This document shows, one piece after another, positions 12,901-27,300 of a DNA stretch of 64,000 nucleotides. The stretch is from Octopus bimaculoides (Eukaryota). The notes beneath the pieces were generated by a model, which was given only the letters and a program-made list of their open reading frames with translations, did no database searches and was not told the origin of the DNA. The stretch covers positions 93,042,341 to 93,106,340 of the forward strand of contig NC_068985.1 of assembly GCF_001194135.2 (NCBI RefSeq), given 5' to 3'. The stretch's first letter is position 1, and each line of letters starts with the position of its first letter. Position numbers and translations under genes: made by a program.

Positions 12901-15900
12901 TCAGTGTTTTTAAAATTTTTAAGCAAACCGATGACAGGAAATTTATTATTATACAATATTACTCATGGAATGCAATAAAGAAAACATTCTTTTAGTCTAA
13001 TTTAAACTTTGAACACAGCAAACTTTATGGGTTGTGTTTCAGAATTTATTGTCTTCAATTTATATTTTGTTTCTCCTCAAGCAAAAAGTCAAGTTGTTTG
13101 TTTGTTTTTTTGTTACAAAAATTACTTTGAAAAAAAATGTTCATAGGAATTCTGTCAATTCGAGATGTGTGTGTATAAGTTGTTTTATGCTGTCTAATCA
13201 GTAGCTATCAGCAACCAGTAAGTGAATGTTGTTGGAGGGTTTGTTTTTTTCCTTTTGATATTTTTTCTCCATATTGTTATAGGTTTGGTAGGTTTCCCTA
13301 TTCCAATGTAATGCTGTACAATTTTAGATCCATGTTATTACAACTATGCTGTTTTGCATCTCCATATTATCATGAATTAGAGCAAGTTTGCATCTAATAA
13401 CATTGTTGACATGCGTAATGTGTTTGCCAAAGGCATACTACATTGTTTTGTGTATTACCCTAGCATATGATTTATAAACTGTGCTTTACCTTGTCGCAAT
13501 AACTTGAGGAAACAATAAGAAACCATTTCTTATTTCACTTTACATTCCTTTTTGGTGGGGTGGGGGGTGGGGGGGATTTCATTAGGAAGTTTACCAGATA
13601 GATAAATATAGAAAAATCACTTGAGACAAGCTACTTGAGAACCGTGATTTTCTTTTACCACTCAAGTTATCTCGTTCATTTTATTTCTTTTAATTTTGGA
13701 AAGCTTTTGAGGAATTGAAGTTCATTCTCAGAATGTTATGGCATTACATACACATATGTTTTTAATTTAAAGATTTTTAGTTCTTAACTTTAAAGAATCC
13801 ATGAAATTTAAGTAACAAAGTAAAATTATCAAATAATTAAAGTACAATGCAATGAAAGTTGGAAATTTTCCACTCTTCCAACATTAGAATAAATTTGTAA
13901 ATGAAAGTATTAGAAAGTTAATGCACACTTCAATTTATTTATAATCATTTTCCCTATTAGCAGAAATTGATTACTCTAATTACATTGTCATACCTATATT
14001 TTAGGCTCCTTACTCAATATCAGGTTAATGGAAATTTTACCTTAATGTTTTTTTATCACCAAGCGTTTGTAAATATTAATCTGTTTCTAAATTAGTCTTT
14101 TTAGCATATTATAAGGGTGTGTCAAATCTAATTTGTTCAAAAAAAGAAAAAAATGAACTCCATTTGTTAATTGGTTTAATGTCATCGATTTGACTATTTC
14201 CTCTAGTAACTGAATACAACTTATACTTAAAATACTACAAACTCATTTCAGTGTCGTGTAGGTGGGCCATACACTTTTCATACTAGCAAATTACTTTCTT
14301 TTCTCCACCACTCCCCATAATGGTGTTTGTTCAAAAAGTAAAGGAACAAGGGTTTTTTTTTTTCCTGTGTTTAAACTACAACCCTGAAATAACTTTGATA
14401 CTATGCATTTTATGTTTTATCTCTTTTTAAATTAATTAAACAAATTAATATTTCCCCTTCCATTAAATCAAATAAATGAGCATAAAATTTTTAAATTATC
14501 TGTAAGTCTAAACATTTCTGATACACTTCTCCTGAATTTTAACAAAACAGAGAATCAATAAAATTTATACCAGGGGAAGAGGTTAGTGCCATGGAAACAA
14601 AAAATGTTGAAGAACTTGGTAAAGCTCAGTGCTGTAGAAACCAAGAGCTAGGGTAAAGTGGTATAGCTCAGTCTTACTAAAGGCAAAGAGTAGGAAAACT
14701 GGGTGAAGAATCATGTATGGAACAAATGAAAGTGGCAAGATAGTTATAAAAGCATTGCAATGATAGCCATTGACTGGTCAGTTTCATTCAATGAAGTTAA
14801 CAGTTTCTGTTATTTAGGTGATGTAAAAGGTGGTGGATGCTGGTGTAATGAAAGCATAGAAGCCAGTGTAACACATGGATGCAAAAAAGATAAGTGAGCT
14901 GTTGTTTGTGTGGCAAGAAGCTATTAATCTTGCAGTACAAAGGGTAGATTGCAAAGTAGTGAAACATGGGCCTTAAATGTAAGAGATTTGTAGAAGCTAG
15001 AAGTGAGCATCACTCATCTGTTTGATGTTTTATGTTAACCTGCGTGGATGATAGAGCACACATAGATTGACTGTAAAGGTATCGGTTAATGTATTCAGGT
15101 GAGGCAAATGCGTTCAAATAGACATAAGATGCTGCTGATGGATATTGGATAAAAGAGAGTCATTCTGTAAAAGAAAGATATCCACAACAGAGGGAGACAC
15201 AAGATGAGAAATGGTAAGGGAGCAAGATAACAAAGGATCAAATGGAATGGTATGATACTGTATGACACCCATTTCCACCTCATGCCATACAGAGACAGAA
15301 AAACATTGTTAAAGCTTCGAGAATATTCTCTCAAATTTAAATGCTGCTTCTAGAAATGGATCCAAGTAGTACCATTTCGGTTCTAATCTACTTTTGACTC
15401 AGATTGGAAATTTAAGAACACCTTGCTGCAGCAGTCTTTCCTATTTGAGAGATAAGCAAGAACATCCACATTATTTTTCACTATTTCTAAAGGAAATTGA
15501 TCTTGAACAGATTAATAGGTGCTAAGGGATCAAAAGGAGTAACACTTTCTACTAATCTTATCATGTTGTTCACTCAATGCTGCTCTTGCGTACAGGCAAA
15601 TTATAGCAATTTCAAAAATACTGAAAACAGATGACTAACAGAAATAATTCTAACCACTCGGTGCTCGTAGGTTGCAGAAAACAATAAAAGATATTTAACA
15701 GGACAAAGTATAGAAGATTCCATCTCTCTCATATTGTTTCACGAAAATTTGTTATATTAAAAACCTGTTTATTTCCATCAGTATAATAGTGTATATGTTT
15801 TTCTTTTATTTCCGAAAAATTAGCTTATATTAATGTATATAAATATTTGAATTGTCTGCATAAAGTATACAATTAGAAAATTTTATGTCATTATATTAAT

Positions 15901-18900
15901 TTTAGAGTACATTCTTGACACAGTAAAAGTTGATTAAAATGCTAGATATTGCAGTCAATAACAATTTCTTTCAGTTCATGTATTAGACATAAACAGCTGG
16001 TGGAAAGAACTTTTCATAAATTACAGTCATTAGAGTAATGAATTAAGTAAGAAAAAAAGAAATTGAAGATATTACTGTTTGTTTTAGGAAATTAGGTTGT
16101 GTTTGCATTGGAAAATAACTTCCCCTCTCTTGGTTCAACTTCTGTTTTAAATATTAGTGACCTATTTTCAATTTCAATTTCATTTTGCATATTTTAACCA
16201 ATATTTCCTAGTTTTTGATTTTCATTCTCTAATTAATAACTGCAATAAACTTCTTTTAAAACAAATAAGCATTGGCATGGTTTAAGCAAATAATCTTTAT
16301 TCTATCTATTTATCTATCCACTTACCCAAACATAGGCTCTTGGAAATACTGGTCTTCGTATGTGTTTATAGACCATTTCACTTATGGCCTACATGATAAA
16401 ACCTTATGTTGGTGATAAATAAAGTGGAAAATAGGGCACCACCATTGCAAATCAATAGTTTATTGATAGTGTTTTACTTGTGATGGTTATCCAGTGTTAG
16501 TTTTCTTCTATTTTGGATTCATTAAACAAAGTATCCTTTCAAAGAATTAAAACTTCATGTTTTCTCTTCTATTGTTATGCTTGCATGACATGGCAATAGA
16601 AAAACCAGCATTTCTAAATTTTCCTCTATTATTACTGTGTTTAATAGTATCATTGTTTAATTTGATCATTAATTTGGTCATTAATAACATCATTGTTTAC
16701 GTATATTTGTAAATGTGAATATCTTATGAAAGTATATTAAACGTCTCCTTCACTTCCAAACATAGTTTGAATGCAGGAAATCCATGTAAAGAATTTATAG
16801 TAATTAAGACAAAAACGAATCTCAGAAATAGATTTCATTTACTTCCTAAATATTTCTAAACTATTCAAACTAATTTTCAAAGGTTGTTTGTCATTGTATT
16901 ATGAACATATTAGAATCAAGCTCAATATCTTGATTCAATGTATATATATTTCCATAGAGATATTTTGACTTCTGTATTTGTCTGAATATTATGTATGCTA
17001 CCAACTATAAATCCAGTTGTAATTTACTACAACTGGAATTCTGTTAATACGGTGGGGTGGTCATAGTTAGAAACATTAACTGAATGTTTTCTCTCATCAG
17101 TTAACTCTGAGCCAAGCAGAGTTAGAAATGATTAGTCAATAAGAACATCAAAACCCTGAGATTTTAAAGATAATGAAATGTGTATTAAAAAGATTAAAAA
17201 AACAAATTGATGAACAGCCTAATTAGTACTGCAGCCATTTTAATGTGCATCCAGAATTCTCTGTAAATTGCTTAGTACTAACAAAGAAATCCAACCATGG
17301 AAACCAGGCCAAAACTTTTTACGTACGAGTAATCTCCAGCTTCTCAATGTATTAATTCAAGATAACATCCATTATCAAGATTGGTATTAACTTTGAAGAG
17401 GAACCTACTCAATGCATAACATGTTCCATCCATTCCAACATAAGTAAACAGGTGTAAGATGATGACAATAGTGTGTTGATATAGTCTACACGTTGTCATC
17501 CTCATCATTTTAATACCTACTCTTTTATGCTTGTGTCTAGATCAGATGGAATTTGTTGAGGCAGATTTTCTGTGGCTGGATGCCTTTTCTCTCACTAACT
17601 CCAAGTATACTACTATTTCTTCATGGCCCAACATGTTGTCACCAAAAAATCAGAAACACTGCTTTGCATGATGTTTAGCATGACATCCATACAAGAACAT
17701 ACACGTTTCATGGGCACTTTTCAGTCTCCCAAATCCACCCAAAAGGCTTTTGTCGGCTTGGGTCTGTAGTAGCAGACACTTAGCAAAAATTCCATGCAGT
17801 AGGATTTGACATGAAACTGCATAGTTTGAGAAATAAACTTATTCACCAGGCAGCCATGTAATATATAAAATCTTCAAGCTATAAGAAAGAGAGGTTGATG
17901 CTAATCTAAGAAGTTTTCTTTCTCCTCTTATTTTATTTTACAATGGAGTTTAACCAAGTTTAAATTTATTATTGTTTCACATTCAACTTCACTATTTATT
18001 CATTCTTATATTGTCATTAAATAGTCCAATACATTTAATAGTTCCTGTTATTGAATAATTTGCTTGCATTTATTAGTATCTAGTTGGCATATTGTTCTTG
18101 TTAGCTTTGGTTTATTATGCTATATGGTTTCATTGAAAATAGTTTGTTGGAAATTTCTCTATACAGAGGGACAAACAGCTCTGAGAAAATGTTATTTCTT
18201 CATAAAACAGAAATTGCAGTCTACTTTCAGTTTCTGGTTGGACTTTTTTTTCTCAATTGTTAACTAATGGTTATATAGAAAGCATGAAATATCATCCTCT
18301 ATATTTACTCAAAAATTACGCACTTCCAGTTACATCACAGGGACAGATGGGTCATGCCAGTTCAATGTATCCCTTTATACTATAAAAAATTCTTCAGTAA
18401 TGCCTTAACAACTTCGTTAATTTCAGAATTGTGTGTGTGTGTGTTTATACATAATACTTACATCTATTCAGTATAGTTTCTTAGTCAACTTGATAGGAAT
18501 TATGTCTAAGTTGCCAAATAAATGAATGGTTGTCACTCATCATCTATATTCTTTCATACTTCACTGAGGAGGACTAATAAGATTAAAATATGTCAGAGAC
18601 TGTCGGCATATTTGCCAGAGATTTGACCCACTTAATGCTTCCTTTCAATTTTTGTATAATTTGGATTTCAGAATTGTTTCACTTGCCTTCCTTGACAATA
18701 ATGTACCGTTAAAACAACTGATTTTTACTCTAGATTATGGGTATAATTTGGGCCAAAGAAACATTTCTTTGGTCAACTATTTTAAGTATGTTTGGCTTAA
18801 CTAAAAATTAAAATGAAATTGCTTTTATCCGAGTCTTCCCATTTACTCACTGTTTATTATGGATAACATTTTTTATTGTTTTGTTCATATCATCTTTATT

Positions 18901-21315
18901 GTACTCTTTTACTTGTTTCAGTCATTTGACTGCGGCCATGCTGGGGCACCACCTTTAGTCGAGCAAATCGACCCCAGGACTTATTCTTTGAGAGAGATTA
19001 TTGCTAAAGTAATAACTTATAACTTTGTAGGTTGTGGGTTTTATTTCTTTTTTGTTGCCATCCCTCAAGCAACATCTTGTTTTCATATGCATTCAGGCAG
19101 CTTTTGTTTACAATAAAGGTGTTGATTTATGTATTCCTTTCGGAAAACACAGCTGGTTCTGTCTTTGATTAACTTAATTTTTGTTGACTTTCTCTTTAAG
19201 ATAATTCTCCAGTTTTGGACAAACTGATATTTATTTTATATTGCTGCTCTCGTTTAGATGTTTCTGAGATAATTTATTGCTAAAGTAATAACTTATCAAA
19301 GTGTAACTTTTCCTCACTTGCTGTTTTTGATTATTTAACTATATTCTTTGACTGCCTGGGGCATCATGCTTTTACATATATACTGATATCAGAATTTTTT
19401 TCCATTAGATTTCTCGGAAATACAGACATCAAAAAATATTTCTTGCTGTCTTTCTCATATGTTATATTGGGAATTGCCTGAAAAGTAAGCCTGTTGAAAG
19501 ACATTATAGAAAAGAAGCATCTCTCATTGTGAACATTAGCCTAAGTTTAGCCAGTGTAGGAACTTCAAAGCCTCCATCTCAACACCTTGCCATTTTAAAT
19601 AAAAAAAAAAAAAGAGAGTTACACTGGACAACTGAATTCCTGATGTAAAAAAAAAAAAATGGGTGGCCATAGGCCAAGGCTGATGTAGATCTAAACATCA
19701 TCTGATGTCCACAAAGTAGTTTAGTAAATCTGTGTTGCCATAGTAATTAATAATAATATACTGATTTATTGGTCTTTATATTTGAAAAAACATTCCTTTG
19801 GACTTTTAATGAATCAGTTTTTGTGCAGTATTGGAGAAATTTGTTTACCACGTTAAGTATAACAATATCTCAGCTGTCACTGTTAAAATTGCCAGATCAG
19901 TTTTGTTATGAGGTAATTAATTCACAAAGATGAAAATTTAGAAATAACAATAAATACTTTTAACAAAGACTAAATAACAATACTTAACAAAAGGTTAGAC
20001 ATTAAACTAATCGAAGCTTTAGGTCTTGTCTTCACATCTACCGGCTCCTGATTCCAGAATCCTTTGGAGACCAGCAGTTACAGGGGTTCAATATAATACT
20101 GGACAAATGTGCTAAATAATGGACACTTTTAAACCCATGTTGATAAAACTTACAAGTACAAAATACTTTTAATACCCATTTTCTTATTTCTACTGGAACA
20201 TTATATAAATTTCACAAATATACAACTATGTCACCATTGAAAAATTTAGTCTTTTACTCAAAGTTAGTCTGATCTCAACATAAGATGGTAAAGCCACAAC
20301 AAGATGCTATTATAGAAACTGTTGAAATGTATCCATAAATATGTTGGATAAGTATATTTAATTTTTACTGTTCCAATTACAGCACTGTATTTTTTGTGGT
20401 GCAGAATATAAATTTATTTGAACAATAATTTAAAACAAAAAAAGTATTTTTGTTGCTTTGAAATTTACCTTACCTTTTTCAAATTTTATTTCTCCTGTGA
20501 ATATTTATTTCCTTTTATTAATATAATTGGGTATTTTTTTTAAACAAAGTTGCCAGAGTTTTTATTTATTTATTTATTATGTATTATAAAAGGCAGTGAA
20601 ATGGCAGAATCTTCAGCAAGTCCAACAAAATGTCTAACTGCATTTCGTCTGTCTCTACACTCTGAGTTCAAATTCCACTCAAGTCAGCTTTGCCTTTCAT
20701 CCGTTCAGGGTGAATGGAATAAGTGCCTGTTAAATACTGGGGTTGATGTAATCAGCTAGACCCTCCCCTAACAAGTTTCAGGCCTTGTATTTATAGTAGA
20801 AAATACGATTATTATTGCTGTTGTTGTTATTGTTTCTATTAATTGGTCAAGCTGACAGAATCATTAGCATGCTGGACAAATGCTTTGTGGCATTTTATCT
20901 GTCTTTATGCTCTGAGTTCAAATTCCACTGAGGTCGACTTTGCCTTTCATCCTTTCAAGGGTTGATAAATTAAGTACCAGCTGCACACTGGGATTGATGT
21001 AATCGACTTGCACCCTTCCCCAAAATTCCTGGCCTTATGTCAAAATTTGAAACCATTCTTACTGATACTACTACTACTACTATTATTATTCAGTAGTTTT
21101 ATTTTTATAGCATGCTTTCCTTGCACTACCGAGTGCAGCTCTGTGCGCCTTGGGTATGAGCTGTGGTTTGCTGTGATGCTTTTATGGTTACTGTATTGAA
21201 AGTGTTTTGCGTAGGATGTGTGCAGTGCCCAATAGTGCAATTTTCTGTATGTTATATATACTTGTAAGTCCTGGTGTTTTTGTTACGTATTTGTCTGAAT
21301 ATTTTTTTTCTAATA

Positions 21316-21349
<34 letters not shown>

Positions 21350-24300
21350 TATTATTATTATTTTCTTTTTCTCCGACAGGGAAGTGCTGAACTTAAGAAT
21401 TCTGATAAATACAACATAAAAGGCACAAAAGATGGGGATGTGTATTATACAAGTTTACTTGAAATTTCCAATGTTACAAAAGAAGACTATGGCAAATATT
21501 TGTGTAAGGCTAAAAATGTTGAAGGATCTGCTGAATCAGAGATATTATTGGATGGTACAAGTGAGTTATACTGCCTGCTCTTGCCACTGTTGATGTGTGC
21601 TTCCACTCCTTGCAAAAATAACGGACCAGTTGGCTTTTTGCACTTTTTTTTCTATTTTTCATCTTGTTGGTAGTAAAACAAATTAACTTTAGTAAATTTT
21701 ATTTCTTTTAGAAGTAGCACCATTTAGCGATGGTTGTTGTTTTTTTTTTATTGTTTAAATTTTAAAATATTTCTTTTGTTAATTAAATCAAAATTTAATA
21801 ACCACTTGTGTGAATTTGTTTCTAATTTTTTTCCCCCTCCTTTTTTCTCTTTCACTTCCCATACTAACATTGCACATAAGTGTATTCCATATTTTGCAAA
21901 TTTAACCATCGAGGTTCTTCAATATAATCAATATAAATATACATTAATTCAAGGTGGCTAGATGCCACTAAAACTGCATCTACTGAACAGCAATATTAAT
22001 ATTTATAGCCAATTGCCTTATCTAAAATAACATTACTGTATTGATATTATTTGATAATCTGCTAAAAATGTTGTTGCTGCTAGCCAAGATTTTAATCAAT
22101 AATTCAGTACAGTCTTTCTATTAGAGAATAATTGATTTCTCTCTCAACTTTTTCTGTTCATTTATTAAAAAAAAATAAATTAAAGTACATTTTTAACTGA
22201 TATGATTTCATTTTGTTAATATATTAAATAGCAGTAAAATAATCTCATTATATTACAACATTTTCAAATTGTGCATTTCTTTCTATTAACTCCTAGGTAA
22301 ACCTGATCCACCATACAACATAAAGTTTGTCAATGCCACACACAACAGTCTAACTCTCACTTGGCAGCCAGGTTTCAATGGAGGCATGACACAGTCCTTT
22401 CGGGTTCGTTATCGGCCAAAAGGAACAACGAACTACAAATATGTTGATGTTGGCCCTGGATCAAATGTCTATTTGCTTACTGGTAAGTTGAAATTTTACA
22501 GTATCAAGACAACTATTTCATTATTTGTTCTGTGAACAATGCGGTGACCTGGCAGAAACGGTAGCATGCCGGGCAAAATGTTTAGCAGTATTTTGTCTCT
22601 CTTCACATTCTGAGTTCAAATTCCGCCGAGGTCAACTTTGCCTTTTGTCCTTTCGGGGTTGATAAATTAAGTACCAGTTGCATACTGGGGTCAATGTAAT
22701 TGACTGGCCCTCTCTCCAAAAATATCAGGCCTTGTGCCTTCAGTAGAAAAGAAACATTAGCACACGAGGCAAAATGCTTAGCGGTATTTTGTCTCTCTTT
22801 ACATTTTGAGTTCAAATTCCGCTGAGTTCAACTTTCGGGGTCGATAAATTAAGCACCAGTTGTGTACTGGGGTCGATCTAATTGACTGGTCCCCTCCCCA
22901 CAAAATTTCAGGCCTTGTGCCTAGACTAGAAAAGATTATTTGTTCTGTGAATCAAAGTTCTTTATATTCAATATAATTATACAAATGTCATCTTCAGTCG
23001 ATATTCTTCAGGTAGCTACAAAACTTATTTTCTTTGAATCTATTCTCAAATCATTTGACTGCGAGGTACTTAGTTTTTTTTTTCACCTGCTTAGAATGTA
23101 ACACTGACAATCAGCACACTCTGTAGATTGGTAGTACTAGTGGGCATCAGAAAAAAGGAACCCAGTACACTCTGTTAAGTGATTGATATTAAGAAAGGAA
23201 TCCAGGCATAGAAACTACACCAAATATGACATTCACACTTAAAGCAGCCCTGTAGATCACCAGTTCCTTGTCAAAGCTGTCCTACTCATGCCAGCATGGA
23301 AAGCAGATGTTAAAAGATGATGATGATGATATATTCAACCTTATTCCTAGATTAGTGTTTAAGTTGGGCATCCAGCTATAGAAACTAAATCAAAATGAAA
23401 TGCTAGCAAAACAAGGTTCCCTTGACCCATCTAAGTAAGCAAGCTCATCCAACTGATAAGTGCATCAACAAGGGATGTAAAATGATGATGATGATGGTGA
23501 TGATGATAATTTCAGCCTTAAAATTCCCCAAAGTTTTATTAAAGTTATCGATATTCAATAATATACGAAGTTTTCTGTTTGGGTAATTAACATAGTTGTT
23601 AATGAGCTAATGTTTGTTCCATCTTCACTTCAGTTTAGCGTTTTGTAATTTAATACAATCTGGATGTTGCATATTAACATATGTATCACTAGATAATAAA
23701 TAGATCTGTATATAAACTTATAAATTGAATATTATTTTGATAATGGAAATATTTAAAGCTTATTGGCTAGACAGATGAGAATAAGTCAGACGTATAGATT
23801 TTGTTATATAAGATTTATTTCTTTTAAAAATTTTGTCTGTGGCAAAAACAAAAATAAGAGCAATAAATTCTAGTTATTGTTATGCTGTTTTTTTTTACCC
23901 TTTTGGCTTGTTCTCTTAGAGATATGCTTGTTCTTCATTTTTTTAACATATTTTTCTGCTTGGTTCATCCAGCTGTAATGATTTTCCTGTTATGTTTCTG
24001 AAATTACGCGACAGTTATCCTGTATGCTTTGTCATCATCATCATCATCAACTGTCAACTTTTCTATGTAAGAATGGAAATGAACTACACTGCTTGAATGA
24101 CCGGGATGTTTGTTTACAACCATCATGTTGATGTCAAGAGAAGGGAATACACAAATATACATACATACACACATAGGCATGGCAGGCTTCTTCTCTAGTT
24201 TGTCTACCAAATACACTCACAAGGCTTTTTTTTATATGCTCGTGGCTATAGTAGAAGACGCTTGCCTAAGGTGCCATACAGTTGATCTGAAATCAGGATC

Positions 24301-27300
24301 ACATGGTTAGGAAACAAGCTTCTTAACCACACCAACACATAGTTATTCACAAACACACATGTATACACATTCTTACTTCTATTCTCTTTTACTCTTTTAC
24401 TCTGTTTAACTTTCTTAACTTTCATATTTATGGATTTCTTTTTCCCCGCTAGAATTCTAAGTGACAAACCAAAGTGACGATGGCTTTATTATACTAGAAA
24501 GTTGATCAATATTTGCCAAAGCCTAACTGGTATCCTGAGCCATCATTAACTTCTAAAGATAGTCACATCTAAAAGGCTTCAAAATATCATAAACAATAAT
24601 GAAAGCATTTGGATGCATTCCATCAAAAGTGTTTAACATTATAATCTATTTGAAATTGGTATGGTTATCACTTCTTGACACCTTCAGGTAGTGTAAACTA
24701 TACAAATTATAATTGCCATATTTTATTATCAGATCTAAATACACAATTAAACTACTATTTGTGTTAATTGTTATAGTTTTCCTTATTAATAGCTATGTCA
24801 TATTAGTATTCAATGAAAATTGTCAGTGTCCCCCAATGTAATTGAATTCTTGCCACATTATATTAGATATTGGCCAGAACATAAATTTCTAAGAAATAAT
24901 GCAAGGTATTGAGTTTATTTCAAGATAATCAGAGTTACTTCCCTTATTCAACTCTAATAAAATAATAAACTTTGGAAAACCTGATTAAGCTTCAGCATTT
25001 TGATTTATAGATGTCACCAATTAGTTTCAGAACAGATTCTCTCATAAGTAGCTGCAGGTATCCATAATGTTACAAAGAAGCATACACAAAAATTGATTAA
25101 CCTATATGATGTTGATTATGTATGTTAGCAATTTTTGAAACATAGTCTGGTAAATTTAATAATTATATTGTTATCACTGTACAAAAGTAATTTTGAAACT
25201 AAAAAATTCTTGATCCTTTTTTAGTTACTTTGTTTCCTCATCAAAATATTTCTTTTATTTCTTGTTCAGAATTTGTCAAAATGAACTATTTTGTAAAAAT
25301 TTCTTTTTTATTTTCTTTTCCAATAAATTCATTCTATGAATTTTCTAAATATTTTTAATAGGTCTACAAAAAGGGAAAGAATATGAAATAACTATGCTTG
25401 CATTCAATAAACTTGGAGAAAGCAAATACCAAAGGAAAGAATTCATAGCAAAAACTTCTAGTAAGTACTTTGAAAGTTACCAAAATTGTTAGAAATTTAA
25501 TATTATTTACCATATTTATTTGTGCTGCAGGAAATTTAATACCAAACATGAGGTCATAATTCTGGGTTGCAATTACATTTAGAAGTAAAAAGTAGATAAG
25601 AGGATAAAATATATCACTGAATTTTAGGTCTAAAAAAAACACCTGCGCATGGTGTGTGTGTGTGGGGGGGGGCGGTTCTTGTGATATTTGAAATCACATT
25701 GTACTGAAGTAAATACAGTATGCGTTTTGTAGGGGATATATTGAGTTTATTATAGGTATTGATTTTGATCAATAAGAAAGAAAGATGTCTTTTTTTTTTT
25801 CTAATATTTCTGATGACAAGCTGTAAAGGATTATTAAACGTTATGGTACCTAAACCATGTGAAAAAAAATTTCCATCATAGATTTAAAGTTATAGTTTGT
25901 GGTTTTTCTATGTAAATGTAATTAAATGCACTCTTGAAATGTAGGTTGTTGAGAAGAAAGCATAGAGCTGTTAGTTTCAGTTAGTATTCTTATATAACGG
26001 TGCTTAATAATTTAGATGTATACAGGGTGTAAATTAATTCTTTCATTATCCAGCAGGCTCAAGATATTGTACAGTTGGTCATTCCTAAACAAGATAAATA
26101 TAGGTGGAGTTATGTTCTGTATTTATAGGTCTGTATTGTGTGCTATTTTAGATGTAATCAGTTTTTTTTTTCTTTTATATACTTACATGTCTTCTGGGTT
26201 TATTTGAATTGAGTGCTATTTGTAAATTTGTGCATTTGCATAAACTGTCATGGCAAATCTTCTTTACCGTTAGTGGTTGCAAAACATAATATTTACTATG
26301 CAGCTTGTTATTCTGTTTTAAAATTTTCCTCATTACTACTTTTGCCGATCAACAGCAAGAGTTTGTTATTTAACTTAGTATACTCTGTCTAACTCATGAT
26401 TATTTTATGCTCACATTAACTTGCATCTAGTTTTGCATTCTATCTCAAATATTTTACAAATGTTGTTTGAAGCAGTAATGTTTGTCGTTTTTCAGAAGAA
26501 ATGAAAAATAGCTACATTTTGCTTAGCAAAGTTCAGGAAAAAGTATTTCTACTAGATAGGGAAAAAAATCTTCACTATGTCATTATTCAACATCTTTCTT
26601 GTCAAAAGGAATTCTTTTTTTTTTTTTTTGGCGCTGGTAGACCTAAATTTCACAGCAGTTTTCAATCATGAAAACTTAATGAAAAACTTGTAATATCATG
26701 AAAACTTTGGAGCCAACTGAGAAAAATGGTTTTCTTTTTTCTAACACTATTTGAAAACATTCTTATTATGGGCTATGAACACTAGATTTTATAGACATCA
26801 TCAGACTCATGTGTAAACTGTACAGTTTTAGTTTCATTTAAATCGTTAAAACTCTCTGGGCATAAATATTTCCAATCTATTTGAAATAAATCAATTTTAC
26901 ATTGTATTTCTAGCTCTGCTACTCTTCCTCCCACAAACCATCCAAATAATATTAAAGTTTTCTTGAAGAAATATAGCCTAAAAGCCCAGGAGTTATTTAT
27001 CAATTTATTTTGGTGTATTTCACTTGGAAACAACAAATATATAAAAGTTTTAATATGTATTTATTTATTTATTTCATGTGTGTATTTATTTTTATTTTGT
27101 GGTTTTTATTTGTTGTTGAAGTTGAAAATCTATTGAAAGTTCATAGGTATTTGGCAAAAATTATAGAGAAGAAATGAATATAGATGAAATGAGGTCCAAA
27201 AGTTGAAAGTCACTTCTAAATAATATTTGTTTGATAAAGATATATCTTGGAAAGCTTGACTTGACAAGTAATGGCCTATGCTGGCTCTGAAGATTAATTA

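Noticed and set aside
17012-17037. Perfect 10-bp hairpin TCCAGTTGTA/TACAACTGGA
   Set aside because: Too short and isolated; plausible by chance or local slippage in 64 kb.
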